Assembly: GCA_964199315.1 (NCBI GenBank) | Contig: OZ116700.1 | Span: 13,764,001-13,828,000, forward strand | Source: Orbicella franksi | Taxonomy: Eukaryota | Direction of reading: 5' to 3' | DNA length: 64,000 nucleotides | Part shown: positions 42,101 through 55,600 of the stretch, piece after piece | Position numbering within the stretch: the first letter of the stretch is position 1 | Layout of the letters: each line of letters opens with the position of its first letter | Translations under genes and position numbers: made by a program | The notes under the pieces: generated by a model | The model's database searches: none | The model's input: the letters and a program-made list of their open reading frames with translations, nothing else | Told to the model about the DNA's origin: nothing

Positions 42101-44569
42101 TCAATTCTATAGTTTTGTTACGTAGTCTCTTGCCATCTTTTTAACCAAAAAGGTAAAAGAGAGCCAGAAAAGTCTATGTGAATGCTCCGGCATTCGTTTT
42201 GCATATTGGTAGGCTCCAGTTTCTCTCGGAACAGGAGTCACTTGTCACTTTCTTACTTTTTCGAATAAGGTCGAACACCGGCATCCAGATGTCCTTTGGC
42301 CTCGGTTTTTCGAGGTTATCGCAAGGTTTTTCAGTCGTCATATTACATTAAGGAGGGTCAACGGGTCCATTGTGAGCCAGAGTTGTGGTGAAATTAAGGG
42401 TATAACAGTTTGATTTAGCCGAGTGCCACGGTCTCACGGAACGCTTCTTTATCGACGGATACGAAACAAGCCGCTCGAAACGTCTTCCTGATCCTTAAGT
42501 ATTGCCGTGTATTTTTTACGCGCTGTGATGCACTTTCGTTATGAGTTTGCTTTCAATCGATCATTCCACCTTTTTAGTGTTAAAATTTCATTTGATCCGT
42601 AAGCAGTTGACAATGAAAGTTAGTCGACGGTGATATTAAAGGTATACATTTGTGTGGCAGTTGAATCTCAGCCAACTAGAGGAAGAATGGTGACGATGTT
42701 ACGTTACTAACGTTAAACGAAACGTGTTTACCGAGCATATATCAGATCCAATTTGCAATATCTATTCTGGCGCACAGACTAACACCTTTTCATCCAAACA
42801 TATTAGGCTGTTCGTGGCTCTTATTTTGTCGGGATATTTCTGCGGAATGCTAATATCATAAACATGTACCATGAACGTGTTAATTTTCTTTTTCCGAGTA
42901 TTGGTCTTTAGGCATCCTGTGACCTTGAAAGTCAAAACAGTGATCATCAACTAATTTCCCTGTAGAATATCAGCACATTATCAATCAGACGCCAAATAGA
43001 CAAAATAATTGACACCAGAGTGTAGTCTTGATGCAAGATCAAATTCTCGCAACAAACTTTTAAAGAGTCGTAGCCATTTGCAAGGAGAAATGGTTTTAAA
43101 CAGAACAAGAGATATCGTATTCAACCATCCAATATTACACACATGAACTCGTCAGCTGGTGTACCATTAAATCTTAGGTTTCTGCTTACGAAGGCCACCT
43201 TCCCCATGAGAAATTGGGAGCTCTAACTTAAACAGAGCTTATTTGTTTTTTTATTTTACAAGGGAGGAGAAATAGGGAAAAGAAATTTCAACTGCTTCAG
43301 TTTTACAAACATTTTTTCAAAATTGAGTGATTAATAATAGATTAGGAGAGGATCCCTGAATAGACATTTAACTCATTGAAATAAATAAGAATTTTCGTAA
43401 TATTTTTTCATAAAGCGAGCAAACCAGTCTGTTTTGGGCTTGCTTTATGGAGGCGCTGCAAAACAATCCTGATCAAAAAAGTCAAGTTGTATTTGACGAC
43501 AAAAAGGAAGGAAAAGAATGGCTTTAGGGTTATCTGAGGTAATTTCTTGAAGAAATAGCCAGAACAACATACTTTGTTCTCGAAGAAAAACTGTTAAAAT
43601 TACTTTCCACAAAGAATTTTATAGTTTGACGTTTTTTTAACTTATCACAAACGATCAGTGACTAAGTGGTTTTCGAGACGCTTTGTTGTATTCTAAGAGA
43701 CATCTGAGACTTATCACACGGCCTAGAAACACGAAACTTATTGCTCAAGATATCAGTTTGCATATTATGTTTTTGCATCGACAGAACAGTGCCATGGTCA
43801 CTGCGATCAAACATCATCCACAAGTACTTTCGAACACGTTTTCTTTGCACTTCACTTAAGCACTTTGTAGAATTTTGCTCTGAAATTGGCAATTTGTATC
43901 CTCGTGCGATTCGCCACGCGCCCTTGTTATACCACTTTGCAGTGCGACCAAGAATGCCTCCCTAAATGTAAATTTGTAAACACAGTCCAGTGTCTCAAGT
44001 AATTTGATTTTGTTTGCCTTTTGTGCAGTTCCAATGGGCTTTGTGCCCTGTCTATAATTGTCAACCTACGACTACAATTATGGCTTGGTGTATTTGACAA
44101 CTCATTACCCATATTAGGCAAACAGGTGATACTTCTAAGCAGGTGGTGAAACGATTAAATTAAATTTGTGTAGAAAATCAGAAATGTCTGCTTAGTTTAC
44201 CTTGGAATTAAGCGGTTTTCACCACTTTAACACCTAGCACCTTAGATCAAATCGATCAGGGGTTCTCCGAAGAGATTTTGCGGCTTATCGTCGAGATCTC
44301 GCCAAACATCGATTGTTTATCAACTGACATTCGGACGAAATTTGATTCAGCGGCCACAACACCTTTCAAATTGGACGACAGCTCTGCTTTCTAAAAGCGC
44401 ATTAAAATTAATGAAAATCACCATAAACTTCGCATACCCGGACGGACAAGTCAATTTGGGTGACAACAATATCCACAACTTTAAATTCGCTCCTGTGTAT
44501 GCGTTGAAGAAGAGGATAATTTCCCGGCTTCTCGAGGAGTTCGGAAGAGTCCAATGACCACATCTCAGG

Positions 44570-47500
44570 ATGATTATGTTTAATTCTTTAGCGGTGCTTG
44601 CAAGGGTAAGTTGGTGAAATGTTTTCACATGCTTCAGGCTTGAAATGCGGCGCATCTCCTTGTAGCTACAGGTATTTAATCTGCTTGTTTTTGCCTTACC
44701 CAGATTAGCCTTGTGATCCTTGTGCTGATGCTGACCGTCTCGGTTAATAATGGAGGTAAGCTAATGTTATTTTTTGCTTGCATCCCGTCTGAGTAACCTG
44801 GGTTGTCTGTGGTCGTAGCAGCGACCAGCATTATATCAGTTTGCGCGTGGAATTTTAGTTTTCCAAGAGCACAAAATTTGCGAAATCATTTATTTCCCGT
44901 TTAGTGTAACAGTTGAGGCAAATCTGGAAATGAAAGGGCAAAAATATTGCTTTTTTAACTCTCGTCACCTCAATAAATATCGCGAAGCTCGGGGTGATTA
45001 TTAAGTCCGCGCCATACTATTGTGACTTTGATAGTGTTGGGTTTGTGAATGGTTCGAATTCTTTTGAAAAGTTAATTGTACAGTAAGAAAAAACGAGAAA
45101 AATTAGAAAAGCATTGTTAGACAGTGTTTGTGTTAAAATCTGACACTCACTTAGTATCCCTTTCTGGACCGCAAATGTATACAACAAGCTCATCCTCGCG
45201 TGAGTTTCTTGACTGGGAAAAAGGTAAAATAATTCCATTTTTTAAGGAAATATACGACATAGCCCAACAAAATGAATCAGTGTTGCGACCTTCAATAATT
45301 TCCAAAAATGGCAAATGAAAGAAGGCGATGCGAAAGTTGAAAGCCACAAGCGTCTATTGTGAAAACAAACGTGGCTAGATTTGCGATATGAATAATACAA
45401 AAACAAGCATTTTTTTAACCGGATAAAATATGCAATACAGAAATGAGTTGTGTCTGAGCTCAACATGCCCCAAAGAAACTCAACGTGAACTCAACAGGCC
45501 CAACGAGAAATTCAATGGAACCCTAACGAGCTTTCTCAATCGGGCGCATTTTTAAATGAGACGAAAAATTTGAAAACCGTGGTTTTTGAGTTGCTTTCTT
45601 ACTGTCGTTATTACCGATAATTGCTCTTCTTTGTGTTATTTTCATTAACACTTTTCGCGTCAGCTCCATAAGGGAAGTTATTTCCGAATAAAGTCCAATA
45701 ATTACGCAACTTTTGTAAACACGCTTATCCCTCGTTCAGGAATGAACACATCTGTAGGCATTATCGGACGGTCTTTAATTACAGCTAATAAAAAGTCTCT
45801 TTGGGTCTTGTCATATGCTCTGTAGTCAATTCATTTTCTTTACGCTATTTTTAGTAAGAAGAGAAACATTTGCATTAGAAAGCCTTAGTTTCAAAGACGA
45901 AGGTTTTTTAACAAATGTGTGATTCTGTCGTAAGGTTTGAAATTTATATTTTCATAGAATAACGATATCTGTATTCTTTAGTGTTTCTGTTATCCTTCAT
46001 TTGATGTTTAGGAGAATCAAAATTCTCAACACTTGTTTGAAAGTCAGATAATTGATCAGAACCTTTAATTTCTGGAACAACATCCTTTAATATTTTAGAA
46101 CTTTCATTGCTCGGCACGCCTGGATATCCAATTAGAGTTTAACTTGAAGAATTTCCATGAAGTACTCCCACGAAATGTAAAACCATAGCTTTCGAGCATA
46201 AATAACACTTGCTCATCATACATTTTTTATGACAGACACGTACGAAACTGTTTGTAAATGTAAACGCTTGCTAGAATATACGTAGAGTACGAGACCATTC
46301 TCCATAAATTATACGTCACGGTTTGTCTCCAAGCCTGCCGATCCACGAGGGCTGGAAGCAAAGATCACGGGAGAAAATCATCAAGTTATTCTTTTCACCG
46401 CACACGAAGAAGAGCAATTGGTTCGGAAGGAGTTGTTTTTGGCCATAGATGTAAACATCCCTTCACAAAGATCTTGCGGCAATTTTCATGTGGACCCAAA
46501 TTGAACGTCCATAATCAAATGAAAAATGCAAATGGCGTGAAAACAAAGCAGAATGAAATTATATTCTTAACAAAGTCGTCCCCTGGTAGGTAGCGTGTAT
46601 TCTTTCCAGCTGTCTTAACTACTGACATCTTTCAGTGCCAAGGAAAAAAACATCAGTTATTTGTGGAAGAAACAACTTTTTTCCAAACAATGAACCATTT
46701 TCAAATTTCCTCCTTTTTTGATGTCAAAGAATGCCTTTCTTTCAACATGTCGCAGTTCAATTGAAACGTTTAGAATATACTGTGAGTCCTTTAAAGCCAT
46801 TGACTGTGTATCGATAGAAACATGTCAAGTCCGAAAATCGCGCCTAATTATTCAGGGACTGAATTTTCACCATCCCATTTTTTGGAGTAATTAATGGCTT
46901 TCTCATGTGATATTAGCAAAGAATGCCAAAATATATTTTTTGCACATTCCATCTGCTAAAATACTCACTTAAATGTTTTCAGTTGAATGTTTTACTTTCC
47001 TTCATAACGATCAGAATGACGCTGTATTTAGAGATGTTTGTTTTAGAATAGAGAAAACGCGACCGCAACATCTATGAGAATACGCAGAAACCACAATTTG
47101 TTGCAGCTTTTCACCTTTCCTCCAAGTTTGTCACCCGGGTCTCTAAGGGAGCGCAACATACCGATAGCACATGTTCAAAAATTAAAAATGTTGACATGAC
47201 TCCGAGACTTTCTGCCCCAAACAGCCAATTTTCGAAGATTCCTTTCCTTCGGAAAAAATGAGATTTTGGCCGGTATTTTACAAGCTTTCTATAAGTTTAA
47301 ATTTGGAGTGAGTTTCTGTCTCGTCTCCTGATCTCATTAGTACGGACGAGAAAAAGCAAAAGGTTGTCTTCGTATCAAAAGAAAAGTCGTCCTTAGTAGT
47401 CTCGGTATATTTACTGTAGTGCTCTTATGGGATATCGTAACAGAGCTCTGGTTAAGCAGGTCTTCCATCTTAGTACCTTTCAATCTGATATTTCTCAGTT

Positions 47501-50500
47501 CTTCGTAATCCAGTTGCTCTACCCATAATGTACTGTTTAATATCTCTACTAAACAAAGTGTGATGGAAGATTGCAGGGAATGGGGATTGTGATATTTGAC
47601 ATAAATTCCCTTTCTGACTGCTTGCAAGAAACTGATCGTCTCGTTCCGTTTTAGAGGTTCGTATAGAGGACATAGGACGCACGTTCTCCAAGGTCATCTG
47701 CCAAGGAACGACGGTCAAATGGAATTGCAGAAACTCGTCTCTTGCAATGGTTATTTATACTGCTACCTACGGACGTGAGGAGTATGGTGACACTGTCTGT
47801 CCTTTTAAAAAGCCCCTCGTCGATGACTCAGTGATTCAGGCTAATGACACAAACGCCTACTCAAAATGCCCTTTGAAGAATATCACCGTACGGATTATGA
47901 AACTGTGTGACAAGAAAAAGCGTTGTACTGTTACCGCAAATAAAACTTACTTTGGAAATCACTGCAAAGGAGTTTACAAAGTTCTTAAAGTTATTTACGC
48001 CTGTGGTGAGTATTTTTTTAGTTATTAAATTACTACATCTTATTGTCGCTTTTCGACTCATGGCCCAAATTTTCTCTTGGAGTGTGGTGACACAGTACAA
48101 AAAAATGGTAATGCAACAATTTTGTCCACATATTTCCTGAATTTCAAACAGCCTCCTTGGAATCTCCTCTTCTTGTATTCTGTAGCCATCTCTTTAAATT
48201 GTCTCACTTGCAACTTAAGATCCGACCTTTTCTCTCACGATTATACTTCTCTTCTTTCCTTTTTCTTCTTCAGTGAACAAACATGAATTAAAAATCAGGA
48301 CCCTTCCTCTATACACTACAACACCTAGTTACAGCACTACTCCTGTCACTTTATCCACTTCTTCACCCAAAGTAACACCCACACGTAAGAGAGTAACAAC
48401 CTTGACCAAACGAAAAAAAAGTCGCACTAATTCTACTGTTAGAAAGAGTCGAACACGCACAACTAAAGCACCTCAGTCCACAAAGCACACTTCTGGGTCG
48501 AAAACCCTCGCTGAGACAACTTCCAAACTTTCTACTCTATCGTCTACCAATCTATCGACAAAAGCGCCGGTAACGATGACTAACAAGCCCACTAAAGTGA
48601 CACCGACAACGTTACCAATCGTTTCTAAACCGAAAACGACTAAGAAACGCACCCGGGCAACGATCACTGAACCAAAGACGGTAAGTAAAGGTGTCATTAC
48701 GTTGAAACCGAACGTTACGGTCTTAACTTCTGAAGCTAGTGTACCAATAACCATTCCTATTGTGTTAACAAATACAACAATAACCACTGAACGACACCAA
48801 AAGTCTAAGAATCCAACCACGTCCACAGGTGTACCAATCACGATACAAGTGAACTGTACCAACTGCACATTACCAAACGGGACTCTTACCTCCATACCCA
48901 CCACTTTACGACCAATTATACCGACAACTCACAGGGGAGCTTCATCCAAGACAATTTCCAGTGGTGCACCAGAAGTCATGGGGGTGGCAAGACCAGAGGC
49001 CGTCATAGGTGTGTCAGGATCACTTTACCTTTGGTTTCTTCACATGAAAGGTGAGATACGCATATACAAATTACACGTGAATAACGTTAGTGTATTAAGG
49101 GTAGCAACAAGGTTAAGAACACAGAGAATCTAGGATCCTCTTTTATTTGAAGTATTTAGGATTCTCTTGTGCTTGTAGTAAATATCCGTACGCCATAGAA
49201 GTTTTTGAAGTTGCACCTAGCTCTCTGGAATGCTTGGCTTTCTATTCCCATGACAATGCTTGGCCTGCTATTCCCATGACATAATTCGCTTTTTGATGGA
49301 TAGAGCCAGTCGTACTATGGTTGTAGATTCTGGTGTGCGTTGCTAACCTGAGTATCATACTTTTCTTACTCGCGGGGTAGGAGGAGGAAACAACAGGAAT
49401 AACATCGTCAACAAAAACAACAATTACAACATTAATTTGGACCAGAAGATAAAAAGATACCCCGATTAAATAAGGGATACAAAAGATATCCAAGTATTAT
49501 GGACCACAGATATACACTTTTTGAGAAATCAGACAGTGATCTCGCGAATACTTGTCAGTCCAGCAGTTGTCCGGTTTCCTAGTAATTCTCCGATCATTCC
49601 AAGTCATCACTGAGAGCCTACATTCCGATGCGGAACAAATGAAACGTCCTTCAGGTGTTTATCGCATTTTTTTGCAGACGAACAATAGATCACTATTTTA
49701 CAACTTTTGGTTTAATCATTTGCAGACAATTCTTCGACGTACACGACGGTGTTTCTCCTGAGCGCATTGGGAGCAGCAATTATAATGGTGGCAGTTGTAG
49801 CTTGCTTTCTAACCCTCCAGAAAAAGAAGGAATTCCTGAAGCTTGACATAATGCACCAACCCAAAAGATTCATAGCTCCACCCAAGGATACGAAGACAAC
49901 TAACCAGAACGGACATGTCCCCGGAAAAAGTGAGAAATTACCCGACGCGGAGGAAGCACCCGATGGAATGCTTCCAAAAGGACCTGAGGTTGTATTCACC
50001 GCCCATGACGTAAATAATCATGTTCCCAAAGAGTTCAATATCGATAGGTGAGAAACCGAGACTCATTTCATTAATTCTGGGCTTATCGTTTGAAAGACTT
50101 TGGAGTTTGCATCAAAATATCAAGAGTGAAAGGAAAAAAGGAAGAAAAAATCCCCTAATAACATCAAAGGCAAACGAATAACAAATCCAAACGAACAACA
50201 AAGCCAAGAGCGCAACATGTACAGAATGAGATCTTGAGTCGCCAAGTGTTTTTATATCTGTCTGGAGTAAGGAACTATGGTTTTGGGAGGGCGTTTTTGT
50301 CGTAGGGTGACTGTTGCAACTCATCTTATTTGCATTCAGCCGAATCAAAGTAGAGTTTTTCGGGTCGACACCTGATGAAGGTGAAAATGTGTTTGAATGC
50401 AGTTGAAAAAAGTAAATGAGCTATTTAACAAAGCAGCCTCACGTTTTCAGCACATATTTTATTTGTTTATTGGGAATGTTATCTACGATCCCTTTTCACG

Positions 50501-52112
50501 TTCGGGAGCGATAATGCTGCGAGTGATAAATCATTTACATGAGTCAAACAGTGAATAAGATGGGTTCCCAGACATTCATGTTCAAAACTAACTGTTGCTT
50601 AAAAAGTTACACTGTCAAACTCACTGATGAATGCCTTTAAATATTTAAAACAGATATTCTGGTATGGAAAATGGAACAGTGAAGAAAGTCGATGGCACAG
50701 GTATTCATGTCAACCCTCTGTTTAACGGTAGCAATAGTAACAAACCTTCAGGCTCGATCACCAATTCAAACCCAGGTAATCAGCGTGGAAGTGACGCGGT
50801 TTCCAGCCTTCCATCTACTCCATGTCGAAGTCGTACTCTAAGTGAGCCCAGAACCGGGACACCACGACGCGGAAGAGCCAACAGCACCGGTAATGTATCT
50901 CGTAGTCATGAACGGCACCACAGTCAAGGCATGCCTGATTATCCTGACGAGAGAGTACGACTTCCTCGTCACCTCAGCGCTGGAAACGTGTCTCATCACC
51001 ATCGACACGGAACGCAATCAGATCACGCTTTGCAAAGTCAGTCACCCGCAAGAACCCTACCCCGCCAGAGGGCAGCTACAGGAAATGCAGCATATAATCA
51101 ATCGCCCGTGCGAAATCCTCTTAACTGGCCTCCACATGGACAAGCAATACCTGCCAATGGAACATCTAACACTGGGATTATAAGCAACTCCTCGCCAGCG
51201 AGATCGGTTCCAGACGGTACTTTGGTAAATCAGTATCCCACTACAATTGGCAATTTGAACAACAGGCAGCAAAGCCCCGGAGGTGTAACGCAACAGCCAT
51301 CACCCTCTAGAGGTGCACAGTATAACTCTCTTGGTCATACGGTGAAGCAACCCTGGACCACTGGTGAGGCACCCAGCACACCCTCACAAAATTCAGGGTC
51401 ATATCAGCGGGCAAATCCGAACTCCCCAGTGAAATTTTCCAATCCGTCTAATGTAGCATTGGCATCTGACGGCAACGCGGGAACACCAACACCTTACTCG
51501 GCCCATCGGAACACCCCGAAATTAAACAGAAAATGGAGTGAGGAGAAACCGACAAATAATGCTACTCCGAATATAACAACAAACCCAAATTACAACAATA
51601 AACCTAGCGATATTTGGCAGAAGCACAGCGAGTCAGGGCAAAAAGATGGAAGCGGTAAAGGCTTAAGCAGGGACCAAGGGAGCATACCAGGCGGTACTCT
51701 ACAGCGCAGGAATGTTTCTTCTGAAAAATGCTCTCCTCAGGAGCAAGATGCTAAAAAAGGTACGCTGCGACCTCCTAGCACGGGGGAACTTCTTTCCCCT
51801 TTGGATGCTTTGCCAGAAACATACGCAGATAACCCCAGTTTGCGTATATCTGACCGGCATTCTTACAACATCACTCCAGGAACTTCATCTTTTCACCCTT
51901 TCTCGCCTCCGCCCCCAGATTTACCAACAGACAGTTCCGATGATGATCTTTATAGTATCGTAGCGAAAGGCACCTATTCTTCCGCAGCTCCAGATCCTAA
52001 TTTAAGAAAAACCGGTGTGGCTCGGTCTATGTCAGATGGAAGAGAAAGAAAAAGCAAAAACAAACATGTATATGTAGTTATACCGTCAGGAGATGGTTCA
52101 ACCGCAGTGTAG
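44570..52112 (+). CDS. EVA-1/FAM176-like type I membrane lectin B (signal peptide, SUEL lectin, long Thr/Lys-rich mucin stalk, TM, long disordered tail), 998 aa
   Basis: Exons 44570-44605, 44704-44755, 47655-48005, 48274-49050, 49726-50047, 50654-52112 are phase-consistent (2997 nt), with the same phases as paralog A. Eight-Cys SUEL domain (TYGR, NHC), TM VFLLSALGAAIIMVAVVACFL then QKKK, tail ending GSTAV*. Confidence 0.87.
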
Positions 52113-52533
52113 ATATATCTTAACCACAATGGTGGAAGGTGGAAGTCTATCATGAGACTAGACTGGTAATCCCTGAAACAAACAGAAGTTCTCTGTTTTC
52201 GCGTCACAGATTAGAAAACCTAACATGATAATCACAACCAGTATTTTGGGGAGCTCAGTCTAATGTAGGGCCATGAAATAGTTAATTGTAGCGCGCGGCA
52301 ATCATCTTTTGTTATATCTTTATCTCTTTTGGAAGTGGTTTATGTCTTAGGGTTCTGGGTTCTAATGTACTGAAGCTGTTCTAACTACTCTGGGGGTGGA
52401 GGAATATTTCTGTATCTTTGACTTGCACTTTTTCTGCTTTGACTGTTCTTTCCTATCATTCTCTACATAACCTCTTTACTAACACAGTGAAACCTAACTG
52501 TGTAGCTGACGGTGTTTTGTTTACTTACTTCAG

Positions 52534-52670
52534 AGGTAGGAAATGCCAATGATAGCAATGCTGATGCTCTTGAACCACAGAATGCCTCGGAAAATTCTGT
52601 CATGGACAAAATTTTGGGACTGCCTCGATTATTGTTCGGAAAAAGAGAACGGGAACTGCCAACAGAATAA
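52534..52670 (+). other. Orphan phase-1 terminal exon (VGNAND...MDKILGLPRLLFGKRERELPTE*)
   Basis: Acceptor ttttgtttacttacttcag with a ctgac branch-like site about 25 nt upstream. Only phase 1 is open (45 codons to TAA). Confidence 0.45.
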
Positions 52671-55600
52671 CGTTGATCACGGAGTTACAGTGTAAAACAC
52701 AGTGGAGACAGATACAGTGTAATTTCTAACAAACGACATTTACTGCTCCGCTATAAAGACTACTAATCCTTTATGACAAGTAAGCAGGAAATCCCCTAAA
52801 ATCACAGACGATAGTCAGCAAGTACATTAACGAAAAGTTAACATGACAATGGAAAGGAAGGTCAAAGGGTGAATCAAAGAACGCGAAGCAGAAAAGATCG
52901 GCTATTTACTCTAACAGTCTGAAACGGACCTTAAGATAGAAATGGGCCTGCATTGGACTGAGTATTCACAAGTAGCGGATGTTAAAATTGCCATGTCGTA
53001 ATTTATAGATTGGAAGCTGCTTCTTCAGTGTTATTTAAAGTCTATAGCTTTAGGGGAGAATATTTATCAAAGGAGAATATTTGCCAAATTGAGACTGATA
53101 GCTGTAACGTTAAAAGTTTCTTTGATTGTGGTGGAATTCGGTAGATACCTTCTTCTGGGACTTTATCAGGGAAAAAAATGTTCAAAACGACAAAACTCAG
53201 AAGTAGCTCCCACATGACCCAGCAAAATGAATTTTGAATAGAGAACATTTCGACAGAAGTGATGTAGCTGTAAGAGAATATAAAACTTAGGCCATAGTGT
53301 AATCTACAGACGTACTACCTGTGTCAGATGGAAACCTTTTTGAGCAGTTTAGCTCTGTTATCCCTTAGAGTACGAGGCTTAAATTACTTTCATATTTAAG
53401 TCTACAATACTTGATCGTTCTTCTCATCAGTATTCACTGAAACGGCCACGTGATGTTTTATTTACAGACTCAAAACTTTAGCCACTTGTACAGCATAATA
53501 AACAGTACCACCAAGAGAGGATGAGTGGTAAGATAGACCATATTCCCAAGGTGATCCCTCACAAGTAATGTTTAGATCAATTCCGGTATCAGAAATCCCG
53601 GGAGAGTATAGCAATAGCCAATCTTGTGAAGCAGATTTTGTTCACCTGTGCAGCTCAAGCAACTTTACATTCGTTTTCATACCTTTCCACCGCCCCCTCC
53701 TAAAACGAGCCCACAATGCGCATGGGTGCTGAAAATGACTGGCCATTGTCTAAAAATATCTCGAGAGGATTATGTTGGGAGAAAGGCCTTTATAGAGATT
53801 AACTCTGTTACCCTTTATTCTCTCTTGGTACTACTCAAAAGCAATCATTTGATCAGGCCACATACTGGGGTTTTATTCACGTGCGTACTAGACACGAGGT
53901 CGATTCTGGGAGAGAAAGGTTCAAAAATTGTTTTAATAATGTGCAAATAGAGTAACGCAACAATTAAGGGCATTACGTGAACGTGAAGTCTACGTCTCCC
54001 TACTTTTCTTGCGAGGACTACCTCGTCTGAAGCAGATATCCAAAAAATTGTCAAGGCGATGGTTTCTTGTCACCTCGTCTGTTTAACGCTCCATTGCAAT
54101 TAGGAAAATTTGAATGTTTCTTGTGGGGACACTCTTATGGGGACAGGCCTCGACCACTTACAAGGACTGCGTCCCATCGGCGAATTATGGGGACATGTTT
54201 ATGAACGCCAAATAACTACCGACCGATAATATACATATATGACACTACTCGATTCTGATTGGTTCAGCGAAGTCCCAGTGCAACACCAGTGCAAAGAGCG
54301 GTTGTTTCATTAATTGTCCAGAGTTTGGACAAACAATAGCGTGAATCTAATTTGTAACGATTATGTGTGTAGTGATTATGTGAAAAAACAATCAGGAGTG
54401 CATTCTGTTATATTTCCATGCTTTGATCTTGGCAAGCTTTCTGGAACACTAACTAATCTGCTGTTAAGGGCGAAAAATTGCTTTCTCAAAAACAAACATT
54501 CCCATTCTTGTGAGGATTCAAGATGTGTATTCTACAGACCAACCGGCTTCTGCAGACTTCTCAGAAGTCCCCTTGAAATAGGTCTACTTGAAAATAATTA
54601 TTAATTTAAGGGATCTTTTTCAGGGAACCCGAAACCCTCGCAATCCCCACAGAGCTGGTGTGGTTTTATACACAACTTTGCGATTTGTTTCTGCCCCCAA
54701 ACTGAAGTAAATTGTATAAACACCACTTTTCAGAGGTCAGAGTAAGTTGGTAAAGTGGTCAGCCCATCTAAGACATGATTTTTTAGTTCATTCCCTTTAG
54801 AGTATTAGACCAATTGAACAGATAAATATTACATGGAATTATTTTCAGGATGTCTGAAAAAAGCTGGCCATTGATGTAATTTATATTGCTTAAGTATCTA
54901 CAAAGCCGGTGGATACTAATCTCTTGCATTTGTAAACGAAGTCACTATAGTTTAACGAAAAATCGACATAGTGGCCGGCCAACGGGTGTTTATATAATTT
55001 TGGATCGACTCTAAGGATATGCTATTGTACTTGTAATATAACGATGAAGCGCGAATTCGAATATTAAATAGGTCAGCAATTCGTACGTGTGATACAGATG
55101 CCATGTAAAATTTAGTCATCTGATAGTAAAATCCCAAAATGTTCTCATGGCACATGGCTCAATTCCATTTTCACACGCACGCATTGCGGACGTACTTTTG
55201 TGCAAATAGCTAACGTACGTGAATGACTACCTTGTCTGCAACGTATGCGTAAAAAATCTTAATGATCTTCTTCTTAGTCTTATGAAACACTAATTAAAAT
55301 GTAGAAGCATAAGGTCTTCACGTCCACAATTCTGATAATATTCCGGGCAGTCTGGTCAGGCTAATAGATAAACGATTGTAATTCAACCATATTGTAATGA
55401 CCGTTTGCAGCTAAAACGACGATAAAAGGCAAATATTAAATGGATTTAGCCTTCTACGTTGTTGACCCTAACTTAGGGAGTTAAGCTAAACTCGCGGTGG
55501 CATAAAACTAGACAATTACTGATTTCAGCTTTCAAAACGATAAAGCTAGGTTTTACAAAAGTTAAGCGCAAAGCAATTTTATACAGATCTAAGCCATGGT

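Noticed and set aside
42230-42500. Possible Penelope-like terminus (tcgaaacgtc, WMP-like peptide)
   Set aside because: The peptide and terminal motif are in inconsistent orientations, and no ribozyme core is present.
42800-42860. IRLFVALILSGYFCG, similar to the signal exon of lectin A
   Set aside because: Ends in a stop without a donor; hydrophobic look-alikes are common in T-rich DNA.
48473-48904. 143-aa Val-rich minus-strand ORF (likewise the antisense ORFs over HDAC8, STK40 and the beta-helix gene)
   Set aside because: Antisense shadows of real coding exons.
52488-52552. Alternative acceptor after TACTAAC giving VKPNCVADGVLFTYFRGRKCQ*
   Set aside because: The branch motif is only 4 nt from the AG; the 52534 acceptor is better formed.
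54120-54195. Three tggggaca direct repeats plus one inverted copy
   Set aside because: Too short and irregular to distinguish from chance without comparative data.
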